DNA of 61,515 bases, counting the filler, from Anaerolineae bacterium (GTDB taxonomy: Bacteria; Chloroflexota; Anaerolineae; Epilineales; Epilineaceae), in NCBI GenBank assembly GCA_029262755.1. It is 7 parts of 7 records of this genome, joined end to end, with 100 filler letters (N's around TTAATTAATTAA, not from the genome) between each part and the next. Parts side by side here need not be neighbours in the genome. Positions count along the whole stretch, not along the records: positions 10,045 to 16,060 come from JAJCYU010000314.1; positions 16,161 to 24,140 come from JAJCYU010000316.1; 5 more parts are not named here. The stretch is one strand, 5' to 3'. The notes below the pieces were generated by a model. It worked only from the letters and a program-made list of their open reading frames with translations, searched no databases and was not told the origin of the DNA. The position numbers and the translations under genes are program-made. Positions 10,255 through 20,488 of this stretch are shown in pieces (position 1 is the stretch's first letter; every line of letters starts with the position of its first letter).

Positions 10255-11265
10255 GTGCGCCGTTTGCTGCGCTACTTTCTACGGCTCGTGACGCTCGCCG
10301 CTAGTGCTTATGCGCTGACGGTGCTGTTGGCGTGGGCGACGGACGGACTATGGCCCGGGCGGGTCTGGCCCGCCACCTTCGCGATGCTCGTCCTGCCGTG
10401 GCTGCTGTTGCCCGCCGCGTTGGCTTGGCCCGTCGCGTTGCTGGCGCGACATCGCGCCGCGTCCTTCGTGCTGGGTGGCGCCACGCTCTTGCTCGTCGCG
10501 GGCTATGGTGAGCTCTTTCTGCCGCGACCCGCGGTAGCCGAAGGTGCGACGCACAACAGCCTACGGATCATGACGCTCAACGTGGGCCCCGCGGGGACGC
10601 CGGACCCCGGGCTGGCCGACGCCATCCGCGCGTTGGATGCCGACGTCGTCGCGCTGCAGGAACTTGACGGCGCCGAGGCCCGCTTCTTGGAGGACGAGCT
10701 CTCCGCGGACTATCCATACCGCATCTTGTTGCCCGTCGAGCAGGTGGGGTTCACCGGCAAAGGGCTGCTGAGCCGGTATCCGATCCTCGCGCATCAGGTG
10801 CTGACGATCTCGGACCCCACCCGCCCTCACCTCCAGGCGGACATCGAGGTGGCGGGAACGCGCATCCGCGTTCTCAACGTCCACCCGCATCCACCGCCGC
10901 ACCTGCCGTCCTATCGAGGCGACGGGACCTTCCGCGAGCACCCGGTCACCAACGCCGATCTGGCCGTGCTGGCGCGGATGGCAACGGAAGCGGCGCCTGC
11001 GATCCTGCTCGGCGATCTCAACAGCACGCCGCACTCGACGGCCGTGCGCGCCATCCGCCAGGCGGGGCTCCAGGACGCGTTTCTCGCCGCCGGTTGGGGC
11101 CTCGGCGCCACGTGGCCGGCCGAAGTGCGGGGACGGAGCTGGCCGACACCGGTCATCCGGATCGACTACGTGTGGCACACGTCCAACTTCGACGTCGCAC
11201 GCGCTTGGGCAGCGCCGGCGGTGGGCACCGATCATCGTCCCGTGGTGGTAGATCTGCGCTGGTAG
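10255..11265 (+). CDS. Membrane-anchored endonuclease/exonuclease/phosphatase (EEP) family protein
   Basis: N-terminal TM helices; MTLNV, ADVVALQE, LLGDLN, RIDYVW, TDHRPV. Confidence 0.9.
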   Translation: MRRLLRYFLRLVTLAASAYALTVLLAWATDGLWPGRVWPATFAMLVLPWLLLPAALAWPVALLARHRAASFVLGGATLLLVAGYGELFLPRPAVAEGATHNSLRIMTLNVGPAGTPDPGLADAIRALDADVVALQELDGAEARFLEDELSADYPYRILLPVEQVGFTGKGLLSRYPILAHQVLTISDPTRPHLQADIEVAGTRIRVLNVHPHPPPHLPSYRGDGTFREHPVTNADLAVLARMATEAAPAILLGDLNSTPHSTAVRAIRQAGLQDAFLAAGWGLGATWPAEVRGRSWPTPVIRIDYVWHTSNFDVARAWAAPAVGTDHRPVVVDLRW

Positions 11266-11327
11266 GCGGCACCGGGGATTCTCCAGAGCGCTACAATGGG
11301 CCGCCCCCGTCCCGGAGCTCCCGCCTG

Positions 11328-12599
11328 ATGTCGCTACGCAACGTCGATCGTCGTCTGGTCACCATTCTGCTCATCGTCTTCGTGCAGATGGTGGGTTCGG
11401 GCATGATCCTGCCGATCCTGCCGTTGTATGCGCTCGGCTCGTTCGGGATGGAGCCGCAGGTCATCACGCTCCTGGTGTCGAGCTTCTTCGCGGCCCAGTT
11501 CGTCGGCGGCCCTGTGCTCGGTCGGCTGTCCGATCGCTACGGACGCTTGCCCGTGTTGATCGTCAGCCAGATCGGCACCGCGCTCAGCTTTTGGGCACTC
11601 GGCGCGGCGTCCGCAGTCTGGGTGCTGTTCGCATCGCGCATCTTCGACGGCATTACCGGCGGCAACATCATCGTCGCCCAAGCCTATATCACCGATATCA
11701 CGCCGCGTGAGAAGCGGGCGCAGTCGCTGGGCTATATCTTCGCGGCCTTCGGCCTCGGCTTTATCATCGGGCCGGCCGCCGGCGGCCTGCTCTCGCGCTT
11801 CTTCGGCCCGCGCGTGCCTTTCTATGTCGCCGCGGTGGCCGCGCTGCTCGTCGTGGTCCTCACCTGGTTCACCCTCGACGAGTCGCTGACACCCGAGCGT
11901 CGCAGCGCGAACGCGCGGGCGGATCGGCCGCGCCTCGGCCTGCCCGACGTCCTGGCCAACGGCACCCTGATGCTGGCGCTATCCATCGCCTTCATCGGCC
12001 AGTTCGCGCTCGGCATGTTGCAGGCAACGTTCTCGCTCTTCGGCGAGGCCGTGATCTTCTCCGAGTGGGACGCGGGCAACGTTGCGCTCGGCGTCGGCGC
12101 GCTGCTGGCCGTCGTCGGGCTGACGCAGTTTCTCACCCAGTCGCTGTTGCTTCGCCCCTTGCTCGCTCGTTTCGAAGAGGCGACGCTCGTTGTCGGCGGC
12201 ACCCTGCTGCGTGCGGTGGGCATGCTGCTCTTCGCCCTCGCCACCGGGCCCCTGCTCGGGGTCGCCGGATCCATCGTGTTCCCTCTGAGCATGGGCATCA
12301 TGATGCCGCCGCTGCAGTCGCTCACCACGCAAACCGTGGACGACTCCGTACGCGGCGGTGTGCTCGGCCTGTACCAATCGGTGGTCAGCCTGTCCACGAT
12401 CGTCAGCACCGCGATCGGCGGCGTGCTCTTCGCGATCGCGCCGGCGTTTCCCTACGCCTTTGGTGCGGTGCTTTCGCTGGTGACGGCCGTGCCGGCGTTG
12501 GCACTGGGCCGGCGCTGCGCCCGGCTCGCGGCTGAGGAACGTGCGGCGGAGGCCGTCGCGGACGAGTTCGAGATGGAAGCAAGCGCCCCGGCGGGGTAG
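11328..12599 (+). CDS. MFS transporter, DHA1/TetA-like
   Basis: GRLSDRYGRLPVL motif A; SRIFDGITGG; GFIIGPAAGG motif C; about 12 TM helices. Confidence 0.92.
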   Translation: MSLRNVDRRLVTILLIVFVQMVGSGMILPILPLYALGSFGMEPQVITLLVSSFFAAQFVGGPVLGRLSDRYGRLPVLIVSQIGTALSFWALGAASAVWVLFASRIFDGITGGNIIVAQAYITDITPREKRAQSLGYIFAAFGLGFIIGPAAGGLLSRFFGPRVPFYVAAVAALLVVVLTWFTLDESLTPERRSANARADRPRLGLPDVLANGTLMLALSIAFIGQFALGMLQATFSLFGEAVIFSEWDAGNVALGVGALLAVVGLTQFLTQSLLLRPLLARFEEATLVVGGTLLRAVGMLLFALATGPLLGVAGSIVFPLSMGIMMPPLQSLTTQTVDDSVRGGVLGLYQSVVSLSTIVSTAIGGVLFAIAPAFPYAFGAVLSLVTAVPALALGRRCARLAAEERAAEAVADEFEMEASAPAG

Positions 12600-12835
12600 G
12601 AGGAGTCGGACGGCCACGCCCCCATCCAGCGCTCGGTGATCCACGATCCATGGAACCGGCGGGACCGTGCTAGCGACTCACCGGCAGACGACCCTCGGTG
12701 CGTCCGTGCATCGAAGGCGAGCGCACGCCGCGCATCATATGCCTCTGATACACTCTCGGAGGAGCGACCCTGCCCGGTGTTCAGCGCTCTCGAATGATCG
12801 CCGGCCCCCTCTTGCCCGGCCCGAGGATACAAATC

Positions 12836-15800
12836 ATGCCCCTGCGAACTCTGCTCGCGCGTCTTGCTCGCTCATCTGCTCGCGGAGCCGCGACGTCCGC
12901 GCAATCGTCGGAAGCCGACGCGCCGTCGCGCGACGTCGCCCGTGCCGCGATCGCGCCCGCCCGTCTTCGGGTCCGGGAACGCTGGTTCGCGTTGGCACTG
13001 GTGGTCGCGGGCTTCACGCTCGTCGGCACCGTGCTACCCGACGCCGCGTCGACGCCGGCGGCATCGAGAGCGATAGGGACGGGTGTAGGTACAGGCGCAG
13101 AGACAGGAACAGAGATGGGCGCGGCAGAGACGGGTGACGTACCTGGCCAGGACCGGGCGATCGAAGCCCAAGCTTCCGACGTGCTCGCGAAGGTCGGCCA
13201 GGACGCTCCGTTACTCGAGCGCGTCCAGGCGGCCTGCGCCACGACGCATCCCTGGCTCGTGACGGCGGTCCACGTTCGCGGTTCGGACGCCGCGTCGCAC
13301 GCCGAGCAGCCGGCGGTGATCGCGTACCGCGACGGTGCGGGCGCGAAGCCGGCCGATACGGTCGTGTTGGCCACGCAAGGGCAGGTCGGCGCTGTATACG
13401 GCCTGGCCTACGACGACGTACGCGGACAGCTCTACGCAGCGGCCTATCACAAGGTGGGGCTGTCCTTCGGCCCTGGTGGGCCGGGTCAGATCTACCGCAT
13501 CGACCTCGCGTCTGGCGATGTGTCGCCGTGGGCGACCGTCTCCACGGGCGAAGACCCTCATGCCCCCGAGCTGGCAGCAGATCCCCGCGCAGATGATTCG
13601 GACGCGGCGCCGCTCGTCGGTCGCCTGGGCTTCGGCGATATCGACTTCGACCCGGGCACGGACCGGATCTATGCGATGAACATCGGCCTCGGCCGGGTCG
13701 AGGGGCTTGCGCTCCCGGACGGGACGAACGCGGACCGCTTTGCGCACGGAGCGGGCCGTGAGCGCTGGTTCGAAAACGCGCGGCCCTTCGCGCTTGCGGT
13801 GCGCAACGGCTGGATCTACCAGGGTGTGGTCGATTCCTTCCAAGAACCGCTCCCGCCGCCGCCCAAGATCTTCGAGGCCATGGTCTACCGCAGCCGGCCG
13901 CGCGGCCGGGATGCCGAACCGTTGGCGCGCGTCTACCTTGGCTACCGGCGCCCGATCGGCTGGTCGACCTGGAATGACGGCGCGAACGCCGCCGGCGCCG
14001 ATCAACCGATCCTGGCCGATATCGAGTTCATGCCAGACCGGGTGCCGCAGGAAGGTCCCTTGGTGCTTGGCATGCGCGACCGCATGGTCGACATGGATCC
14101 CACGTGCGTGATCCGGCCGGGTTGCCGCGCCGGACGCAGCGTCGGCGATCTCATCGCGACGGAGCGGGACCAGCAGATGTACCGACCGCTGCTCGGCGGC
14201 GATGCCTTCGACGATCTCGGCGTCGGCGGGTTGGATGCCACGTGGGGCGGGCTAGCGGCCTTGCCGGGCCTAGACGTGATCATCGCGCCCTCGCTGGCGC
14301 TGCGCGACCAGGTCGGCGTTCCTGCCGGCGCGCTCGGCGCGACCTGGTTCGATACAGAGAGTGGACGCATCCTGCGCGCGGAGCCGTTGGTGGACGTCGC
14401 GGCACTCGGCGGCGCGGACGGCCAGTTCCTCGGCGCTGGCGACAGCGAGACGCTGTGCGCCCGACAGGGTCTCGCAGAGCCGGACATCGCGGCGGAAGCC
14501 ACGCGCGAGATGGCCGCCATCACCACCGCGACGCAGGCGGTGGCCGGCAACGCGACCGCAACGGCTGCGGCGCAGACCGCGGTTGCACTCCCAACCTTCA
14601 TCGGCGCGACGCGCACCGCGCACGCACCCACCGAGGTCGCCCGTGCGACCGTGGCACGCCAGACCGCCACGGCGCTCGCACCGACGATTCGCGCGGCGGC
14701 GCCGACGCGCACCGCGGCCGCCGTCGGGCGCGCGGGCACCGCGACGGCCGCGTCGGCGCGCGCGGCCCTCGTGGCCCCCACGATGCAGGCGCGCCTGCGG
14801 GCGATCGCGCTGCCCACACGGCCGGCCGCCACGGCGACGGCCTTGGCCCAGCAGTGGACGACCGTGCAGAACACCTGTGGCAGCGACAACCCCTATTTCG
14901 TTACGACCTGCTTCGTGCCCTCCCTCGACGGGCAGGGCAACGCGTACCAGCCGCCGTGGTTCGAGCGCCAGGTCATGGTCGTCGCGTTCAACGACAGCGT
15001 GCCCGAAGACCCGAACACGCACGTGCCGCTTGCCTGGCAACCCGAGGTCGGCGCCGTCTTCGGCGAAGCCTATGACATCGCCAACGGACAACTCTACCTC
15101 GGCGCTTTCCATAAGCGCCTTGCGGAGTACGGCCCGCTCGGCCCCGGCGGCATCTACCGGATCGACATGAACACCATGACGGTCCACCCCTTTGCCCTGC
15201 TTGAGGCGGGGCTCGACCCGCACGACATCGACCGCAACTTCGACCAGCCCGGCGCGCGTTGGGTGGGTCGTCTCGGCCTCGGCGATCTGGAGCTCGCGCC
15301 CGAGCTCGGCGTGCTTTTCGCCGTCGACCTCTATCAGGGTTTGATCTGGCGCATCTCCGTACCGGACGGCGAGATCCTCGGCGCCTTTCCGCACGGCGCC
15401 GTGGGCGAATCCTGGTCCGACGTCGCCCGACCGTTCGCGCTCGGCTGGAATGACGGCTGGCTCTATCACGGCGTCGTCGATGGGCGCTCCGAAGACCCGG
15501 ACGGTTCGGGGACCAACGAGTTCCTCGGCGCATACGTCTACCGCTCGCGCGCCGACGGCAGCGAGCTGCACGAGGTGGCGCGCACGACCATGGACTACGG
15601 CCGCCAACCGCCGTGGGAGCCGTGGCACGAAATCGACGACGGTACGGGTCAGGATCGCTCGCCGATGTTGGTCGACATCGAGTTCCGCGGCGACGGCGAT
15701 CTGGTGCTCGGCTTCCGCGATCGTCGCGGAGACTCGCGCGTGTTGACCAGCGCCGGTGGCGACATCGTCGTGACGAGCCGGGTTGCGGAGCGCTGGATTC

Positions 15801-16060
15801 CGCTGCCGGCGCCGGAGTTCTACGACGATAACATTCGGCACAACGAGTCGTCCTGGGGCACCTTGGCCTCCCTGCCTTGGCTCGACCAAGTGCTCTCGAC
15901 CGTCATCGACCCTTGGCAGATCTGGAGCGGCGGCACGGCCTGGTTCGACAACCTGAGCGGCGCCTACGTCGCCCGCGAGACGATCTACGCCGGGCGCAAC
16001 GTCACCTTCGGCAAGACGAGCGGCCTTGGCGATATCGAGGCCTTGTGCGTCCCGCCGTCG
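12836..16060 (+). CDS. Large secreted protein with two tandem homologous beta-propeller-like domains joined by an Ala/Thr-rich linker (3'-truncated)
   Basis: Repeat pair VGAVYGLAYD..GQLYAAAYHK..GPGGPGQIYRID / VGAVFGEAYD..GQLYLGAFHK..GPLGPGGIYRID; GRLG.GD, ARPFAL..GW.Y.GVVD and DIEF occur in both copies. Confidence 0.85.
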
Positions 16061-16160
16061 NNNNNNNNNNNNNNNNNNNNNNNNNNNNNNNNNNNNNNNN
16101 NNNNTTAATTAATTAANNNNNNNNNNNNNNNNNNNNNNNNNNNNNNNNNNNNNNNNNNNN
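16061..16160. other. Artificial contig-joining spacer
   Basis: N-run + TTAATTAATTAA + N-run. Confidence 0.98.
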
Positions 16161-16668
16161 GGCGGTTGTCGCCACGGTCGGCCGCTTGTCGGCGCCGGCG
16201 CCCGCGCTCGAGTTGGAGGACCTCGACGGTGCAGCGTGGAGTCTGTCAGCCGTTCCAGCGGACGAGACGGTGGTCCTGAACTTCTGGGCTACCTGGTGCA
16301 TCCCCAGTCGCGCCGAGCTACCGGATCTACAGGCCCTGCACGAACGGTTCGAGCCGCAAGGGGTCCGCTTCATCGGTGTCGTGATGGACGATGGCATGAC
16401 CGCCGACGACATCCGCGAATACCTCACCGATTTCAGCGTGGACTACCCGCAGGTCTGGGGCGGTCTGGACGACCAGGCGCCGTTTGCGACGCTCGCTCCG
16501 GCCGCCGTGGGCGCGATCCCGATGACCGCCGTCGTCCGCGACGGCCTCGTGCGCGAGGTGGTGCCCGGCGTTATCGACGAAGAGACGATGAGCGAGCTGT
16601 TGGAGGCACTCGGCGAGCTCGAGCAGGCGATGGATACAGGATCGGCTACCACGTCAGGCGATGGCTAG
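16161..16668 (+). CDS. TlpA/ResA-like redoxin domain with CxxS active site (5'-truncated)
   Basis: APALELEDLDG, VVLNFWATWCIPSRAELPDL, AIPMT cis-Pro loop. Confidence 0.85.
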
Positions 16669-16730
16669 GGTCTGGCAAATGCAACATCGAGGGGATCGCG
16701 GCGGGCTCCGGCACCGCCGCGATTCCCACG

Positions 16731-17609
16731 ATGGGTCTCGCCGAAACGTGGACGGATCGCGGAACGCCGGCGGCTGCCTCGGCCGATGATCGGGGATCCG
16801 CATGGGATGGCGCCCGGACGGTTCGTGTGACCCTCCCCGCGGCGTCGCCCGCCGACCGCGCCTCGCTCGCTGAGGAGCGCCTGGCCTTCGTCACCGTACC
16901 GGGAGGCCGGTTGTGGACGGCCGCTTCGGGTCCTGAGCCATCGCCCACGACTCCCACCGTCCTGCTGGCCAACGGCGGCCCCGGCTGCTGCGACTACGTC
17001 GCGCCCGTCGCCGCGATGATCGACGACCGAGCCCACGTGATTCGCTTTGAGCAACGTGGCTGCGGCCGATCCTCTGCGAAGGGCCCTTTCGATCTGGCGA
17101 CCACGTTGTCCGACGTCGAGGCGATCCGCGAGCACTACGGTCTTGCACGGTGGATCGTCGGCGGCCATTCGTGGGGCGCCGACCTCGCGCTTGCCTACGG
17201 CCTGGCCCACCCCGATCGCGCGATCGGCCTTCTCTGCCTGGCAGGCGGTCGTGTGCATGATGACCGCAGTTGGCACCGTGCCTACGCCGAACGGCGCGAG
17301 GAGGAGGTGCAGCCGGCCTACGCCTACCCGCCCAACCTCGAGGTCAACCGCGAGCTCAACGCCTCGTGGCGTTCCTACTGCAAGCGGCTAGGCTTCTTGG
17401 CGGACCTGGCCGCGTTGCCCGTGCCCGCACGCTTCATCTACGGCGCGGCAGACATCCGCCCCGGTTGGCCCGTGGCGCAGGTCGCGGCGTTGATGCCCGC
17501 CGGTCGATACGTTGCGCTCGAAGGCGCGGACCACATGCTGTGGCGCGTAGGCGGTCGCGCGCTTCGGGCAGAGCTATGCGACGCGCTGGATGCCTGGACG
17601 GAGGGCTGA
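16731..17609 (+). CDS. Alpha/beta hydrolase (proline iminopeptidase-like)
   Basis: NGGPG, EQRGCGRS, GHSWG nucleophile elbow, ADH; start position uncertain. Confidence 0.85.
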   Translation: MGLAETWTDRGTPAAASADDRGSAWDGARTVRVTLPAASPADRASLAEERLAFVTVPGGRLWTAASGPEPSPTTPTVLLANGGPGCCDYVAPVAAMIDDRAHVIRFEQRGCGRSSAKGPFDLATTLSDVEAIREHYGLARWIVGGHSWGADLALAYGLAHPDRAIGLLCLAGGRVHDDRSWHRAYAERREEEVQPAYAYPPNLEVNRELNASWRSYCKRLGFLADLAALPVPARFIYGAADIRPGWPVAQVAALMPAGRYVALEGADHMLWRVGGRALRAELCDALDAWTEG

Positions 17610-17716
17610 ACAGTCGCCGCGACTGAGCCGTCCCAGACCTTGGCCCCACGCTGCCTCGCCCCGACCTGTGTCGCCCACCCCGCGTCGCCACCCCGTGTTG
17701 CCGGTCCTGCCCAACC

Positions 17717-18334
17717 CTACGCTTGGTTCGGGCGGCCCAGCACGTGGATCGCGTCGCCGAGCGCGACCTTGCCGTCCACGATCACCTGTACATGAACCCC
17801 GCGCAGGTTGGCCGCGAGCGCGTCGCGCGTCGAAACGAAGCGCAGGGCGTCGCCGCCGAAGCGACCGCGGTACTTCAGGCAGCCGGTGTGCGGCTTCGGC
17901 GTGACCTCCACCTCGGCTTCGCCGATGCGCAGGCGCGTGCCCGGCGGCAGGTTCGCGTCGGACAGATCCAGATCGACCAGCAAGTTGTCGCCGAAATGCG
18001 TCAGCGGCTGGCCGTTGGCGACGAGATCGCCGATATCGCGCCGCATCAACGTGAGCTGGGCGTTGGGATCGAGCGGAACTTTGATCTTCCATCGGTCGCC
18101 CGGTAGGCCGTCCGCCTGCGTGAGCCGCACGCGTTCCGGCGTCTCGCGACCCCCGTCCGGCAACCGGCGCACGAGCAGCGCGACGGAGCCCGCATCGGCC
18201 GGCGGCGCGGGGAGCGCGGCGAAGCCGGCCTGCAGCGCGGCGAGCGGGCGGTGGCGCGACGGGTCGCCTGCGGGGAGGCGCGGTCGTTCCGCGTCCAGAG
18301 TGGGAGCGGTGGTCGGTGCGGGCGAGTTGGACAT
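17717..18334 (-). CDS. MOSC domain-containing protein
   Basis: GLPGDRW, GDNLLVDLDLS, GTRLRIGEAEVEVT..PHTGCLKY..RFG, RGVHVQVIVDG. Confidence 0.85.
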   Translation of the reverse strand: MSNSPAPTTAPTLDAERPRLPAGDPSRHRPLAALQAGFAALPAPPADAGSVALLVRRLPDGGRETPERVRLTQADGLPGDRWKIKVPLDPNAQLTLMRRDIGDLVANGQPLTHFGDNLLVDLDLSDANLPPGTRLRIGEAEVEVTPKPHTGCLKYRGRFGGDALRFVSTRDALAANLRGVHVQVIVDGKVALGDAIHVLGRPNQA

Positions 18335-18464
18335 CGTCAGGCTCCATGCGATGTGCGTTCCGCGACGGCGACGAGCCGAGGGGTCGAAGGTGAGGTCGAG
18401 GACGAGTTCGCGTGCAGCGAGATCGTTGGAATCGTGAGCGCCGCATTCCGCTCGAACACCGATT

Positions 18465-18719
18465 CTACGCCGCGAACCGATTATACAACCACGCCAGCAA
18501 CCAACCGGCGATCGCGCCATCTACTAGGGCGTACAGCGTTCCGAGCAAGACGTCGCGCAGGCCCGTACCGGCGTGGTAGCCGGGATAGAGGGAGCCCGCG
18601 AGCTCGAGTAGGGCCAGGCCGTAGCCAGGGCTCACGCGGTTGATCAGGCTGACGGTGAGCATCATTCCGCCGGCCAGCAGGCCGATGGTGATAGCCATCG
18701 CACGGGGTTGGAGCTGCAC
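18465..18719 (-). CDS. Small membrane protein (hypothetical)
   Basis: AAGGAG RBS; hydrophobic helices; SLYPGY, YALVDGAIAGWLLAWLYN. Confidence 0.75.
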   Translation of the reverse strand: MQLQPRAMAITIGLLAGGMMLTVSLINRVSPGYGLALLELAGSLYPGYHAGTGLRDVLLGTLYALVDGAIAGWLLAWLYNRFAA

Positions 18720-18749
18720 GGGTCTCTCCTTGCTTGCGCGACGTCCCGA

Positions 18750-19871
18750 CTAGCCGACCACCGCCGGCTCGCGTGGCAACGTCGTGAGGCTTTCGGCTCC
18801 GCTGGCGGTGATCACCATATCATCTTCGATGCGGCAGCCGCCGAGGCCCGGAACATAGACGCCGGGTTCCACGGTGAAGGTCATGCCCTCGGCCAGCGGG
18901 ATCGTCTCGCCGGCCTTCATGTCGGGTTCCTCGTGGGTCTCGAGGCCGAGGCCGTGCCCCGTGCGGTGGATGAAGTACGCGCCGAGCCCTGCGTCCGCGA
19001 TGACCGCGCGCGCCGCGCGGTCCACGGCGTCGCCGGTCGTGCCTGGCCGCGCGGTCTGCCGGCCGGCCGTGTTGGCGGCGAGCACAACTTGGTGCGCTTT
19101 GGCCAGATCGGGGTGCAGCGGTGCGCCGGCAACGTGCAGGCAACGCGTGATGTCCGATGCGTAGCCGGCCACGATGGCGCCCCAGTCGACGGTCACCAGA
19201 TCGCCCGGCTGCAGGGGGCGGTCCTCGGGTACGGCGTGCGGGTTAGCTCCGTGTTCCCCGGTCGCAACGATCGGCGAGAACGGCATCCCCTCTGTGCCGC
19301 CGCGCAGCAGCTGCAGCATCAGCTCCGCGGCGACCTCGCGTTCGGTCATGCCCGCGCGAATCGTGCCCAGCATCGTCTGGAACGCGGTCTCGGCGATGGC
19401 GACCGCCGCGCGCATGTGGGCGATCTCATCTGCGCCCTTCCGCATGCGCAGCGCGGCGAAGACCGCGTCCGCGCCATGGATCTCGGCCCGCAGCCCCGCA
19501 CGCTTCAGCGCGTCGAGCTCGAGCCAGCGGATCCGTCGGCCCTCCACGCCGAGGCGCGCCACGCCCTGCGATGCGGCGACCGCTCGCTGTAACGCCTCCT
19601 CGGGTCCGTCGTCGTCGGACCAGTCGAAGCGCTCCGCGGTGAAGGGCAGGCCGTCGGCCTTTGTTGCTTCGAGAGCCGGCACGAGGAACCATGGCCGCGC
19701 CGTCTCCGATGTGGGGATCAGCAGCATGGTCGGGCGCTCGGAGAGATGGAAGTTCAGGCCCGTGAGGTAGGCCAGATTCGGGCCCGGGACGATCACGACG
19801 GCGTCGAGCGCGGCTTCGGCGGCAGCGGCGCGTAGTCGTGTGAGGCGTTCCGGGAACAGGGCCTGGGACAT
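18750..19871 (-). CDS. Xaa-Pro dipeptidase/aminopeptidase P (M24 family)
   Basis: Creatinase-like N-domain; VDWGA...YASDITR, HRTGHGLGLETHEEP, TVEPGVY, RIEDD. Confidence 0.93.
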   Translation of the reverse strand: MSQALFPERLTRLRAAAAEAALDAVVIVPGPNLAYLTGLNFHLSERPTMLLIPTSETARPWFLVPALEATKADGLPFTAERFDWSDDDGPEEALQRAVAASQGVARLGVEGRRIRWLELDALKRAGLRAEIHGADAVFAALRMRKGADEIAHMRAAVAIAETAFQTMLGTIRAGMTEREVAAELMLQLLRGGTEGMPFSPIVATGEHGANPHAVPEDRPLQPGDLVTVDWGAIVAGYASDITRCLHVAGAPLHPDLAKAHQVVLAANTAGRQTARPGTTGDAVDRAARAVIADAGLGAYFIHRTGHGLGLETHEEPDMKAGETIPLAEGMTFTVEPGVYVPGLGGCRIEDDMVITASGAESLTTLPREPAVVG

Positions 19872-20061
19872 CGAGAGCTCCGAACGAGGGTTGGTGTGGG
19901 GCCACCGAGTATGCGGCACGGCGCGGCGTGGGCCGGGTTGGCGCCACCGTCACCGTCGAGGAGCTACGGTGGCCCGGCGGCCACCCGGTTGTCAAGGCTG
20001 AGGACGCGTCCCTATACTCGCCGCCACGCCGCGCCGAAGAGTCGATTCACGGGAGATTCGC

Positions 20062-20403
20062 ATGCTCGAGCAGCCCCTCGCCTCACAGATGTTCTTGATG
20101 TGGATGAACGGGTTGATTGTCGCGATCTGGGTGTTGTGCGCCCTGAACGCCTTCATGGCCTGGCGAACCTTCAGCCAATCGGCCGACTTGCGCTGGATGT
20201 TCGGCTTCCTGCTCATGGCCGTCTACGCAGCCGGCGAGGCCGCCGCGGCCTGGCAGTGGCAGCGCGCGGAGCTCCTCACGGGACCGGTGATCGACGCCGC
20301 AAGTGCGTCCGGCGCCTTCGATCTGCGCTTCACCGCCTTGCACTTGATTGGGGCTTTCGTCGTGCTCTTCGCATTCCGAACCCGGCGCGCACGCTTCGAC
20401 TGA
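20062..20403 (+). CDS. Small membrane protein (hypothetical)
   Basis: GGGAG RBS; three hydrophobic segments; TATACT -10-like element upstream. Confidence 0.7.
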   Translation: MLEQPLASQMFLMWMNGLIVAIWVLCALNAFMAWRTFSQSADLRWMFGFLLMAVYAAGEAAAAWQWQRAELLTGPVIDAASASGAFDLRFTALHLIGAFVVLFAFRTRRARFD

Positions 20404-20488
20404 GGCTCAAGTACGGCGAAGGTCCGCCCTCGTTGGTCGCCTTCGACGCCGATATCGCCGGGCCAAGGATGGTGCTACCGTGAGGGTG

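Noticed and set aside
14270..15889. Long antisense or alternate-frame ORFs (also 21449..22912, 34153..35835, 45873..47477, 56838..58118)
   Set aside because: Shadow ORFs typical of high-GC DNA, opposite well-supported genes and with no family motifs.
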